Source: a virus. Taken from it: DNA of 64,000 nucleotides. Each line of letters opens with the position of its first letter. Positions within the stretch are counted from its first letter, which is position 1. Location: positions 67,092-131,091 of the IMG/VR virus record IMGVR_UViG_3300020463_000008; one strand, 5' to 3'. Positions 7,329-16,781 of this stretch are shown here, in pieces. The notes under the pieces are model-generated. The model saw only the letters and a list, made by a program, of their open reading frames with translations, was not told where the DNA came from and ran no database searches. Made by a program: the position numbers and the translations under genes.

Positions 7329-9685
7329 TATGCTACCCTTTCTACGAATGTACTCATTAATACTTTCGATTGTCTATTTTGTTTTAGACCTTTAGAGAAC
7401 TGCCTAGCAATCTGGGCAGCAGACTTTTGACCATCGATAGAAATCTCAGCATTTGCTGGATTAAGTTTTTTAATATCAAGAAAGAACATCTCGTCACGAC
7501 CAGTTCCTTCAGAGAAAGATGCCCAGCCATTATTTCTACGAATAAGAACTCTAGAAGCATCTCTATCAAATCTATCAGAGTCTTTGATATTATATCTAGC
7601 GAACTCACCAATTCCTTGTTGAGTATTTCTACCAAGGAAATAACCAATAGTAGAAGCACCATATCTTGTTTTAATCATATCAAGATATGCATAGTCATAA
7701 GGAGAGCCACCCATTTCATGTTTGTCAGAGACTTTATAATGTTTCTTAGTCACAGGATCTACAAGAGTATCAACTCGTTTCACACTCCATTTGGTTTCAA
7801 CACCCATGTTTCTTAGTTTCTCATGGTTGCATTGCATACCTCTAGACCATCCTGCTCCATCAGTCAAAGTTATAAAGTTCATTTTATCAATATTATGTTT
7901 TTTGACAAATCTACCAGTATAACCAACAGCAACTTCAAGTGCTTCACTCAAAGGAGTACCAGATAATGCTAACTCACGAGAGTAATGCCATACATGAGAG
8001 TGTAGCATATAACACATACAATCAAAATCTTTTTGGTTCATATCATTAGTAAGAAGCTGGTAATACCACATTTCTTGTCTTTGCATGTAAGCAGTATTTT
8101 CTTCTCTTAGTTTTTCAGCAAACTTTCTCATGATATCTTTTTTACCTTCAGTCAAAGGATCTTTTTCATTATAAGAATTATCATGATTAGAGAAAGCAAG
8201 AACTTCAAAAGGAATATTTACTTTACGACAGAAAGTAGATAATACAATTACTTGCCTGATAGTATCTCTCATAATAGAGTGCATAGAACCAGACCAGTCA
8301 ACCACCATAATGAAACCATGATTTTTATCATCAGAACATACTTGTATTCTTTTAAATAAATCTTCAGACAGTTTATAGTTATATAATTTGTTAGCATTTA
8401 ACTGACCAGACTTAGCAGTTTCAGTACGAGCATATCTTTGAGCAGATTTTTTCATCTCAAACTCTTTTACCATATAATCAATATCAGACTTAATATTGTT
8501 CATGAAGTTATCATAATCTTCTTTATAGTAAGCACCAGATGTAGCACCAAGATAAGGTCGGCACTCATCATATCTGTCAAACATATAGATATAATCGTAA
8601 TGACCTTTATCATTTATAACATGGTCATCACCATTGATTCTATCAAGAACAGATTGTTTAGTGACACACTCAGGATCGTTAGCATCAACTGGGTCACCCC
8701 ACTTATCAGTAGGCTGTCCTTCAGGAATCTTAGTAAGCATATCTAAGATTTGCTTGTAAGTAATAATAGGATCTGTACCATAAGGATATTCAGGAACATC
8801 AAGAGTTCTAAAAATTTTATTATCAAGTTGAGCATGGTCTTCCATACTTTTATCAAGAGCATCCTGAGTAGCTGATTCTAATTCTCTCTCATCAAAAGTT
8901 GGAGGAGTTTCTTCAGCTTGATGCTCACCAGCTCCAGATCTAGACTTAGTATCTTCTTCATCTTTAGCAACAGTCTCTTCTTCATCATCATTTTCTGGAG
9001 CATCGCCTTCTTCATATTCATCATCATCAAAATCATCAGACTCTTGCTCTTCCATTTCTTCTTCATTATCTAAATCATCAAGATCGTTTTGTGCTTCTTG
9101 ATATTGTTCAGCTTTTTTCTCTTCTTCTTTTTTCTTTTTATCACGAGCATACTCGGCTAACTCTTTAGCAAGTGCCACAACCTCATCAAAGTTTTTACAA
9201 GAATCAACTCTAGAAGCAATTGCAAATTCTTCTTTAGAAAATTTGATACCAGACTTAAGACCGATTTTAAAATAAAGATTAATTTTATCAATTAAGTTGA
9301 GAGAGTTTACATCTTTATCACCAATCTGAAAGAAGTCATTATCAGCAAGAAGTTTGTACCCAGCAATAAAGTCAGTACGCAATCCAGGATATTGTTTTTG
9401 AATTAGTTTTTCAATACGAACATCTTCAATAACATTAGCATAATTTTTTACTAGTTTATCATCAAATGCTTTATCATTCATAATTTTTTTAGCAGGAGTA
9501 TGTAGAGCATGACCGACCTCATGACCAATCATAAGATTTTCTACATTTTCATCTAAGTTTACGAATGTTGGTAGAGTCAATGTTCTACCCACTACATCGA
9601 ATGATGCAGTTGGAACTTTAGCACGAACGACATGGACATCCTCGGTGCTAAGTAATTTTGCTAATACATCTTTTGAATTATTCAC
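7328..9685 (-). CDS. CobT-like protein: N-terminal HExxH peptidase-like domain, acidic linker, C-terminal VWA (MIDAS) domain
   Basis: GHEVGHALHT, NVIEDVRIE, VDWSGSM MIDAS, SGTPL, LTDG; usual partner of phage CobS-like AAA. Confidence 0.85.
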   Translation of the reverse strand: MNNSKDVLAKLLSTEDVHVVRAKVPTASFDVVGRTLTLPTFVNLDENVENLMIGHEVGHALHTPAKKIMNDKAFDDKLVKNYANVIEDVRIEKLIQKQYPGLRTDFIAGYKLLADNDFFQIGDKDVNSLNLIDKINLYFKIGLKSGIKFSKEEFAIASRVDSCKNFDEVVALAKELAEYARDKKKKEEEKKAEQYQEAQNDLDDLDNEEEMEEQESDDFDDDEYEEGDAPENDDEEETVAKDEEDTKSRSGAGEHQAEETPPTFDERELESATQDALDKSMEDHAQLDNKIFRTLDVPEYPYGTDPIITYKQILDMLTKIPEGQPTDKWGDPVDANDPECVTKQSVLDRINGDDHVINDKGHYDYIYMFDRYDECRPYLGATSGAYYKEDYDNFMNNIKSDIDYMVKEFEMKKSAQRYARTETAKSGQLNANKLYNYKLSEDLFKRIQVCSDDKNHGFIMVVDWSGSMHSIMRDTIRQVIVLSTFCRKVNIPFEVLAFSNHDNSYNEKDPLTEGKKDIMRKFAEKLREENTAYMQRQEMWYYQLLTNDMNQKDFDCMCYMLHSHVWHYSRELALSGTPLSEALEVAVGYTGRFVKKHNIDKMNFITLTDGAGWSRGMQCNHEKLRNMGVETKWSVKRVDTLVDPVTKKHYKVSDKHEMGGSPYDYAYLDMIKTRYGASTIGYFLGRNTQQGIGEFARYNIKDSDRFDRDASRVLIRRNNGWASFSEGTGRDEMFFLDIKKLNPANAEISIDGQKSAAQIARQFSKGLKQNRQSKVLMSTFVERVA

Positions 9686-9707
9686 GATTTACCTCTCAAT
9701 TAATTAT

Positions 9708-9803
9708 TCAATACAAGTATTCTACTAAATTTTGATGCAAAAGTAAAGCATTATTTCACCTTTTTTTATACTTTTTTGTTATATAAAAACAAGGACTTAT
9801 AAC
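9708..9803 (-). repeat. ~96 bp promoter-containing direct repeat, copy 2
   Basis: Near-identical to 4707-4802; TTTACT-17-TAGAAT at 9719-9747. Confidence 0.92.
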
Positions 9804-10369
9804 TAGGGATTGAAATTTCCTCTAATTACTTGAGTTGTTCTTCCTCTTTTTGCGTCTTTTTTTAGTTTTTTAATTGCTCTTTTTAATTTCTCTCTCGAGA
9901 CTCGTTGAGTAAAGTCTATCCCAATCATGTGGTCATACTCATGTTGGAATACTCGTGAAACATACCCAGAAAGGGTCGTCTTGATTTCTTCACCTTTGAA
10001 TGTAAAATACTTGACTTTAATAACTCTTGGTCGTGAAACCATTAGCCATAAATTTGGTCGGGATAAGCATCCCTCTGTCATAGATGTTTTATCTTCTGAT
10101 GATTCTAATATTTCAGGATTAAAAATTGCCATGGCTGGCAAGTCCATTTGTTCTTCAGCAGTTAGTGCGAAAACTTTATATGGTAATCCTATTTGATTTG
10201 CTGATAGTCCAGCACCATTTAACTTTCTTGAAGTCTCGATTAATAAGAGTCCAAGTTTTGCTGCTTCTTCCATTGGGTACTCCTCAAACTTCCAGTCATC
10301 TTGTTCACTGGTAAGTAGAGGATCGTCCCATGGTATTAATTCACCTTTTACATTATCTAATATATTCAT
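9803..10369 (-). CDS. def: Peptide deformylase
   Basis: GLSANQIG, EGCLS, QHEYDH: the three PDF motifs. Confidence 0.95.
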   Translation of the reverse strand: MNILDNVKGELIPWDDPLLTSEQDDWKFEEYPMEEAAKLGLLLIETSRKLNGAGLSANQIGLPYKVFALTAEEQMDLPAMAIFNPEILESSEDKTSMTEGCLSRPNLWLMVSRPRVIKVKYFTFKGEEIKTTLSGYVSRVFQHEYDHMIGIDFTQRVSREKLKRAIKKLKKDAKRGRTTQVIRGNFNP

Positions 10370-10370
10370 T

Positions 10371-10550
10371 TTAGCTTATACCTAATTTCTCCGATACTAA
10401 TGTCAATTTATCTTTGACTGCTAGTTTCTTTAGTTTTAATTCTTTTAGTTGGGTTGTATCAAATTTATATTTCTCAACTTCTTTGTGTAGTTCCGAGTGT
10501 TCATAATTAAGTTTATTATATTGTTCCATTAGGTGTGCTTGTGCGTTCAT
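10371..10550 (-). CDS. DUF465/YdcH-like small coiled-coil protein (59 aa)
   Basis: Manual translation: ...EHSELHKEVEK...LKELKLKKLAVKDKL; GGAGGA RBS; not in ORF track. Confidence 0.7.
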   Translation of the reverse strand: MNAQAHLMEQYNKLNYEHSELHKEVEKYKFDTTQLKELKLKKLAVKDKLTLVSEKLGIS

Positions 10551-10553
10551 GAA

Positions 10554-12275
10554 TTATCCTCCGATTTGTATTGATGAAAAATCATTCTTCTTAACAAATT
10601 TAATAACCGATCTAAACTTGTCAAAAAGCTGATCCCCTTTGTGAGATATAACGAAAACATTTGTTCCTTCACCAACTTCATTTAATACTTGTAGGAACAA
10701 GTCAGTACCACTGTTATCCATACTGCTATCAAATATTTCATCTAATAAGAGCAGATTGGTATTTACTGAATTCTTCATCTTGGCTATTTGTCTCCAAGTA
10801 AATAGTATTGCAAGATCTATCCTCAACTTTTCTCCTTCTGAGAAGCTGTCATAAGTAAACTCATCTCTGTATCGTGAACGAATTGTTTCATTGAAATCTT
10901 CATCAAGTTCAAAGTGAACGAAGAAATCCATAGCTTGTAGATACTTATTAATGAGTTTGTTAATGATGGGCAAATACTGGCGAATAATTTCTGTCTTAAT
11001 TCCAGTATCTGCAAGAAGAGTTTTTGATACATCTTCGATTTGTTTTTGTTCTTCAATGTTAGTTTTTTCCTCTACAGCTTCAACTGCCGAAGTTGCTAAC
11101 TCCTTCAGTTTGGCTTTTTGATTTACAACATTATCATCATCTATATTTAGATTCGATTGTTCTTCTACCATTTCCTTATTGTTTTTACTTATAAGGCTGA
11201 GTGATTGGTTGAGAGCACTTACTTCTGAGTTCTTGCCCATTATAGTCTTGTTGATAGACGCAATCTCCTCGTATCTTTTATTTAGCTTTTCTAGAGCCTG
11301 AGAAAGTGATAATAAGTTTCCACTGGCTTTGCCTAGCTTAACATTCAATTGAGTAAGAATATTATTCTTATGGTCATGCTCTATACCTTGTTGGCATTGT
11401 GGGCACTCATCATTATTCTCAAAGAATGCAATATCATTAGTAATACCTGATTGTTTATTATCATATTGTGCCAATAGTTTTTTAGCTTCTTCTAAATCAG
11501 TATTGACCTGTTCAGTATCATTAATAGATATACTTAGTTTTTCCACTTCTTCTAAAATTACTTCAATGGCTTCGCTTATACCTTTAGACTCTTCTTCGTT
11601 AGCAAGTATCTTTTTATTTATCTTTTCAATAGCTTCTTCTTTAACATTACTTAATGCATCAAGTAATTCTTTTTGAGCATCTACACTTGCTCTACATACT
11701 TCTATTCTATTATGAGCAGTAGTCAATTGCTCTTTAGTTATTTTAATTCGTTCAGTAAGTAATTCATTCATCGTACTAAAAATACGAATATCTAATATGT
11801 CTTCAATAACTTGTCGTCTATTCCAGCCACCTATCTGCATAAATGGTTGATAACTAGCTGAACCCAGAATAACCATCTTGCTGAAAGTTCTCCAGGCAAA
11901 TCCTATAATTTGTGTTTGTAAATAAGTTTGAGTGTCAGCATTACTTGCAAAAGAATCTAACTTTAATCCATCAGCAAATATTTCTAGCTTATTGGGTTTT
12001 GCACCTCTTAATACTTTATAATGTTTTCCACCTACATTAAATTCTATTTCAACTTCTAAGTTTTTTCCATTAATACTATTAACAAGTTGGTCTTTCTTTA
12101 CTTTACGAAAAGGTCTTCCATATAATGAAAACATTAATGCATCAAGAATAGTTGATTTACCCTCGCCATTCTTTCCTACAATTAATGTGGTAGTAGAACG
12201 ATTAAGATCTACTTCCGTCCAAGCATTTCCTGTACTAAGTAGATTCCTCCACTTAATCTTCTCAAATGTAATCAT
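10554..12275 (-). CDS. gp46: Recombination nuclease ATPase subunit gp46 (Rad50/SbcC-like)
   Basis: GKNGEGKST, CPQCQQ zinc hook, FSEGEK signature, LLLLDEIFD. Confidence 0.97.
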   Translation of the reverse strand: MITFEKIKWRNLLSTGNAWTEVDLNRSTTTLIVGKNGEGKSTILDALMFSLYGRPFRKVKKDQLVNSINGKNLEVEIEFNVGGKHYKVLRGAKPNKLEIFADGLKLDSFASNADTQTYLQTQIIGFAWRTFSKMVILGSASYQPFMQIGGWNRRQVIEDILDIRIFSTMNELLTERIKITKEQLTTAHNRIEVCRASVDAQKELLDALSNVKEEAIEKINKKILANEEESKGISEAIEVILEEVEKLSISINDTEQVNTDLEEAKKLLAQYDNKQSGITNDIAFFENNDECPQCQQGIEHDHKNNILTQLNVKLGKASGNLLSLSQALEKLNKRYEEIASINKTIMGKNSEVSALNQSLSLISKNNKEMVEEQSNLNIDDDNVVNQKAKLKELATSAVEAVEEKTNIEEQKQIEDVSKTLLADTGIKTEIIRQYLPIINKLINKYLQAMDFFVHFELDEDFNETIRSRYRDEFTYDSFSEGEKLRIDLAILFTWRQIAKMKNSVNTNLLLLDEIFDSSMDNSGTDLFLQVLNEVGEGTNVFVISHKGDQLFDKFRSVIKFVKKNDFSSIQIGG

Positions 12276-13339
12276 TCAGCAGTTTCGCTCTCAAGGGTTT
12301 GTGCTTCAGCATACAGTCCTCTAAGGAATCCTTTTACCTTTTCTTTATCAACTGTCGTTTCAACACTTTCAACATAACTATTCAAAATATTCATAGTATC
12401 TTCTAGATTTAATTCTTCATCTATTTCGCCATCTTTAAACTCATTAAAATCTTCTATAATCCTTACATCGTGTGGACCTGCCTTATATATCTTCTTCATA
12501 AAAGAATCAAACTTATTAAAGTCTGTTTTATTAGCAACAATCACTTTAACATACTTGTCAGCCATAATAGTAGCATCATAATCATCATAGGAGTTATTTG
12601 CATCATCATATTCAACCCTTTCAAACATGGTGTAGGGGTTAGGTATGAATTCTAGATTCATGGTCTCAGTGTCCCATATATGGAATCCTCGAGGGTCTTT
12701 ATAGTCTGACCAAGTCAATTCATAAGGATTGCCGAGATAATATACATGACCATCGTTATTGCGATGATGATAATGCCCAGAATAAACTAGAGCGAATTTA
12801 TTAAATCTTTCTCTATTTAAACCACCATGTGACTTAACACCTCTATGCATAACGAAACCAGATATCTCTAAATGCCCCATACATATTTCAGCAGTAGAGT
12901 CCTGCATTCTTTTCATACTCTCTTCATAGTTATCAGTACATATCCATGGTAGCATAAAAATTTCACGACCATCAACTGTTATATCCATCGCTTCAGGTAT
13001 GGTAGTAATATTTTGATAATCATTTAATAGTAAGTCGATAGAATTAGTATCGTTGGTGTTCTTATAATAGGTATCGTGATTACCAGCTAACATCCACATG
13101 TTCATACCAGCATCTTTAATAGGGTCGAAAAAGAACTGTCTAGATCTTTTTAACGAATGATAATTAATGTATTTTCGGCGATCGAATGTATCGCCAAGAT
13201 TTAATATTGTCTTGATACCTCTTTCTTTCAATGTAGGAAAGAATGTATTTGTATAAAACTTATCCATGTAATCTACAAATGTAGTGGCATCACCTCTAGC
13301 ACCAAAGTGTAGATCTGTAATAATCGCAACTTTACTCAT
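12272..13339 (-). CDS. gp47: Recombination nuclease subunit gp47 (Mre11/SbcD-like)
   Basis: DLHFG, LGDTFD, GNHD, GHLE, SGHYH phosphoesterase motifs. Confidence 0.97.
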   Translation of the reverse strand: MSKVAIITDLHFGARGDATTFVDYMDKFYTNTFFPTLKERGIKTILNLGDTFDRRKYINYHSLKRSRQFFFDPIKDAGMNMWMLAGNHDTYYKNTNDTNSIDLLLNDYQNITTIPEAMDITVDGREIFMLPWICTDNYEESMKRMQDSTAEICMGHLEISGFVMHRGVKSHGGLNRERFNKFALVYSGHYHHRNNDGHVYYLGNPYELTWSDYKDPRGFHIWDTETMNLEFIPNPYTMFERVEYDDANNSYDDYDATIMADKYVKVIVANKTDFNKFDSFMKKIYKAGPHDVRIIEDFNEFKDGEIDEELNLEDTMNILNSYVESVETTVDKEKVKGFLRGLYAEAQTLESETAE

Positions 13340-13883
13340 TCACATCATCCAACGCATCAGAGATGGGTGTGGACTTTTTTTCTTTCTTCTTTTTTTCTTT
13401 TGCTTCAAAATATGGGTCTAGAGTTTGGTTCTTCTTCATATATTCAATATAAGCATTCGTTCCTTCAGCATCTTCCCCTGCTTCCATAAATGCGTCAACA
13501 TCCATTTCAGCAATTAGTTTTTGTTTTACATAGGTTTGTTTTTTCTCTTTCTTTATTCTTCGTAAGAAAGCATAAAATATAATCTGCGTAAAATATGAGA
13601 AAGGGTTTGCTGATTTATCAGGATCGAAGTTATGTATATATTGAATACAATTTTCAACACCATCTAAAATCATATCTTCCCGATAAGTATAGTTTATGAA
13701 GTTTGGTTTATATGAAAGGTGTGTACCAATCTTTAATAAACATTCTCCAATATACTCTGGGATTCTTGGTTTATCTTCTTTTGCTTTTTTTGCCTTTAAA
13801 CAGTCTTGCTTGTAATCTTTCAATGCTTGCAAGAACTTTTTATTATCAACATAATGTTGTGGCTTCTTCTTAGAAACTGCCAT
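13332..13883 (-). CDS. gp55: Late-transcription sigma factor gp55
   Basis: HYVDNKKF, YIGECLLKI, NFINYTYREDMI, NPFSYFTQI; start at 13883 has GGAGA RBS (track start 13895). Confidence 0.96.
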   Translation of the reverse strand: MAVSKKKPQHYVDNKKFLQALKDYKQDCLKAKKAKEDKPRIPEYIGECLLKIGTHLSYKPNFINYTYREDMILDGVENCIQYIHNFDPDKSANPFSYFTQIIFYAFLRRIKKEKKQTYVKQKLIAEMDVDAFMEAGEDAEGTNAYIEYMKKNQTLDPYFEAKEKKKKEKKSTPISDALDDVNE

Positions 13884-13907
13884 GTATTTCTCCATTCATA
13901 ATAAGTT

Positions 13908-13936
13908 ATTCTATATAAAGTTTTCTTAAAAGTAAA
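13908..13936 (-). promoter_or_regulatory. Promoter for gp55 (TTTACT-17-TAGAAT)
   Basis: Matches the repeated promoter consensus. Confidence 0.8.
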
Positions 13937-13960
13937 CTATTAAAAAAATTATTTAAAATT

Positions 13961-14006
13961 GCTTTACTTTTAAGTTTTTTAAAGTTAGAGTATGGGGTGT
14001 AGGGGG
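13961..14006 (+). promoter_or_regulatory. Antisense promoter (TTTACT-17-TAGAGT) followed by a G-tract; candidate replication origin
   Basis: Only plus-strand copy of the promoter motif seen; followed by GGGGTGTAGGGGG; no plus-strand gene downstream. Confidence 0.55.
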
Positions 14007-14031
14007 TTAAGTAATAGAGTAGAGTATTATA

Positions 14032-14337
14032 TTAGAAACCGACACTTTCACCACAACCACAACTTCCAGTAGCATTCGGATTTATAATCTCGATATGCGA
14101 TCCTGCGAAATCTTCCTTATAATCAATCTCAGATCCTAGTACATATAATTCAGCAGTCTTATCAACTATAATTATATCCTCGATTAGTGTACCATCCTCG
14201 ACTGTATTTGTTTCTTCCCACTTATAAGTAAACCCAGCACAACCTCCACCATCGAGGGCGAGTCGTGCATACTTCATGCCAGACTTCTCAAGTCTTGCTT
14301 GCATATATTGTTTTGCTGGAATTGTTATACTTATCAA
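14032..14337 (-). CDS. iscA: HesB/IscA/ErpA-family Fe-S cluster carrier
   Basis: GGGCAGF and NPNATGSCGCGES motifs. Confidence 0.92.
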   Translation of the reverse strand: MISITIPAKQYMQARLEKSGMKYARLALDGGGCAGFTYKWEETNTVEDGTLIEDIIIVDKTAELYVLGSEIDYKEDFAGSHIEIINPNATGSCGCGESVGF

Positions 14338-14813
14338 TGTATCGTATCCTTTTTAATACCTAATAATGCGTCTATTATTTCACTAGTATCTTCGTATCTG
14401 TCCTCTCCTAATATATCTTTGTTTCTTTCAATCATGTCGGAAGCAGTCTTCCTTAACATCTCTTGAGTTTCAAAGAGACTCTTCTTAGGTACTGGAACAT
14501 CTATTAGTTTTTCATATTCTTCAACTAGTTCGATATAAAATGGTATAGAATAGGTGTGTAGTTGTTTAGTAAACATAATATCTGATTTCTTAAAGGTAAA
14601 CTTTCTATCTTCTGCGAAACCACAGAATGGTGCAGCAGCAGTGACATCAACTATCTGGTCTTTTCTTTTATCTTGATGTATTCTTAATTCAAAGGGATAC
14701 TCAACCGAAAGTGTTTCTTCGGTGTGTTGTCTTAGAGTAGCGACAAGCATTTCGCCTGATGCTAACTTAACCAAAACAAACTGATCGTCTTCTTTAATTA
14801 AGTTCTTGTTCAT
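14334..14813 (-). CDS. Hypothetical protein downstream of uvsW
   Basis: VKLASGE N-terminal pattern typical at this position in T4-like phages. Confidence 0.75.
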   Translation of the reverse strand: MNKNLIKEDDQFVLVKLASGEMLVATLRQHTEETLSVEYPFELRIHQDKRKDQIVDVTAAAPFCGFAEDRKFTFKKSDIMFTKQLHTYSIPFYIELVEEYEKLIDVPVPKKSLFETQEMLRKTASDMIERNKDILGEDRYEDTSEIIDALLGIKKDTIH

Positions 14814-16318
14814 ATATTTACCTCTACAATCTTGTAGTTAAATTTTTCTTCGGAGTATATAGATAGTCGTTCAGAAAAGTGTCTTAATGTATGATTCTTC
14901 CAACTTTTCCAAGATAGGTCATCCGCAACATCATATAAGTTGCAACTATCCTTCCCCTCTTTCAATCTTAAACCTCGACCAATAGATTGTAAGTTTCTTA
15001 TCTTACTTTTACTTGGTGAAGCGAAAATAATGTTTTCGATAGATGGTATATTAATGCCAGTCGAGAATGTACCAAATGAAGCAACTATTATATTGTTGTC
15101 TGTATCGCCTGCTATTTCTCTGACCTTTTCCCTATCCTTTACGACAGTGTCGCCTGAAACAAACCAGATGTCCTTTGAACCATCTACCTTTTTATTTAGG
15201 TTTTCATATAGTGGAATTCCATGCTTCTGTACAAATTGGTACAGTACTAATGTATTTCCTTTTAAATCACTAGCCAAGTTGACTATGAATTTATTTCTAG
15301 CATCATTAGTGACTAGATAATCCATTTCATCAGCATACTTGTTATTCTTTCTACCCATTCTATCTGTTTCATCGTATTTTAATAATAAACAAGTAATATC
15401 TAATTCAGCAACCTTTTTATCTTCCATCAATTGCTTAGTAGTAGTGACAGCAAACACTGGTCCAAATACACCTTCTAAAACTAATTTATGAACTTTCTTT
15501 CCATCAATCGTACCAGTCGTGCCTATTCTATAATCGCAATTAATTAATTTATCCATACAGGTCGTAAGGGATCTTGCTTTAAATTGATGTGCTTCATCTC
15601 CGAAACATACATCAAACTGAGAGAACCATTGTCTTGGTTGTTTATAAACTGACTGCCATGTTGTAATTAATACATCACTCGTAATATCTTTTGTAAATCC
15701 TGAATATAGTTTTTGTACATGATGATTTACATCCCACCCATTGATGGATGAGTAGTCTTGGAAGTCTTTATAGAGTTGTTCTACTAATGAAGTCGTTGGT
15801 ACTATGATTATTGCTTTTTTACCCATATTGAGTAAGTATCGCAGAGTTGAATAGATAATTAATGATTTTCCACTCGCTGTAGGACTCACTAGGAGTGTTC
15901 TTTGGTCATTAATGGCTTTATGTATAGCTTCAGTCTGATACTCCCTCACGGAGAGTTTTGACCCCTTAGATGCTAAATCTAGTGAATCTACCCAGTTTTC
16001 TACCTCTTCAAAGGGTATTTTTCGGTCTATAACGATTAAATCCTTACATTCTATCTCATAACCTCGTTCAACTGCAAATCTTTCTACATATTTGTATAAT
16101 CCAAGATATAATGTGTGTCGTATTCTGTCATATTGTCGTATTTTTCCATCCCAGAGACGAGATCTGAACTGTGGAGTGAATTGTGCTCCTGGAACTGAAT
16201 ATGTGAAGTAGTCAGACAGCTCCTGTTCAGTGCCTGGATCGGAAAAGCAACGAATATGTATGTTGCTTGCTTTTTCTATTGTTATTTTAGGCACCAGATA
16301 TAAATTTTTTCCACTCAA
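14810..16318 (-). CDS. uvsW: UvsW SF2 helicase
   Basis: WDGKIR, SPTASGKS, DEAH, QSIGRGLR; true start possibly GTG at 16294. Confidence 0.97.
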   Translation of the reverse strand: MSGKNLYLVPKITIEKASNIHIRCFSDPGTEQELSDYFTYSVPGAQFTPQFRSRLWDGKIRQYDRIRHTLYLGLYKYVERFAVERGYEIECKDLIVIDRKIPFEEVENWVDSLDLASKGSKLSVREYQTEAIHKAINDQRTLLVSPTASGKSLIIYSTLRYLLNMGKKAIIIVPTTSLVEQLYKDFQDYSSINGWDVNHHVQKLYSGFTKDITSDVLITTWQSVYKQPRQWFSQFDVCFGDEAHQFKARSLTTCMDKLINCDYRIGTTGTIDGKKVHKLVLEGVFGPVFAVTTTKQLMEDKKVAELDITCLLLKYDETDRMGRKNNKYADEMDYLVTNDARNKFIVNLASDLKGNTLVLYQFVQKHGIPLYENLNKKVDGSKDIWFVSGDTVVKDREKVREIAGDTDNNIIVASFGTFSTGINIPSIENIIFASPSKSKIRNLQSIGRGLRLKEGKDSCNLYDVADDLSWKSWKNHTLRHFSERLSIYSEEKFNYKIVEVNI

Positions 16319-16724
16319 TGGAGTTTTTAATGTCCCAACCTCTACCTGAGATTGATTTCATGATACTTTCGCACGCATAAACCATGTCTTCTAGATAACT
16401 TATGCGTACAGTCATCTTAATTAGGTCGTCATCGCCATGTAATAGGTCGTCTTGTACTGATTTTATAGGTTTTATGCCTTGGTATTGGTCCCAGTCGTGT
16501 TCCTGCAACTCTTCCCTAGACAGTTCGCCATTATAATATCTTATTTTTAATCTTCGTAAGGCATGAAACTCTGCTCTATGCTTTGTAAGTTTTAATTTAT
16601 ACTCCATCAAAAATTTTAAATACTTCTGATGTAAGTTAGGAATGCGAACAGCTTCTTTATCTAGATGATCGTCATCTATAATAGAGTCAGCTTTCCATTC
16701 GTCTTGTAGTTCTGTCAAATTCAT
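16287..16724 (-). CDS. uvsY: UvsY recombination mediator
   Basis: IPNLHQKYL, YYNG, RGWDIKNSIEWKKF. Confidence 0.93.
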   Translation of the reverse strand: MNLTELQDEWKADSIIDDDHLDKEAVRIPNLHQKYLKFLMEYKLKLTKHRAEFHALRRLKIRYYNGELSREELQEHDWDQYQGIKPIKSVQDDLLHGDDDLIKMTVRISYLEDMVYACESIMKSISGRGWDIKNSIEWKKFISGA

Positions 16725-16749
16725 TGTAAATACTCCTTATACAAGGTCT

Positions 16750-16778
16750 ATTCTATTCTAAAATTAGTTAAAAGTAAA
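16750..16778 (-). promoter_or_regulatory. Promoter for uvsY-uvsW (TTTACT-17-TAGAAT)
   Basis: Matches the repeated promoter consensus. Confidence 0.8.
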
Positions 16779-16781
16779 GGA

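Noticed and set aside
3487-9685. Cobalamin biosynthesis function for the cobS/cobT-like genes
   Set aside because: No cobN or other cob genes in the window; features fit a generic MoxR-AAA/VWA pair
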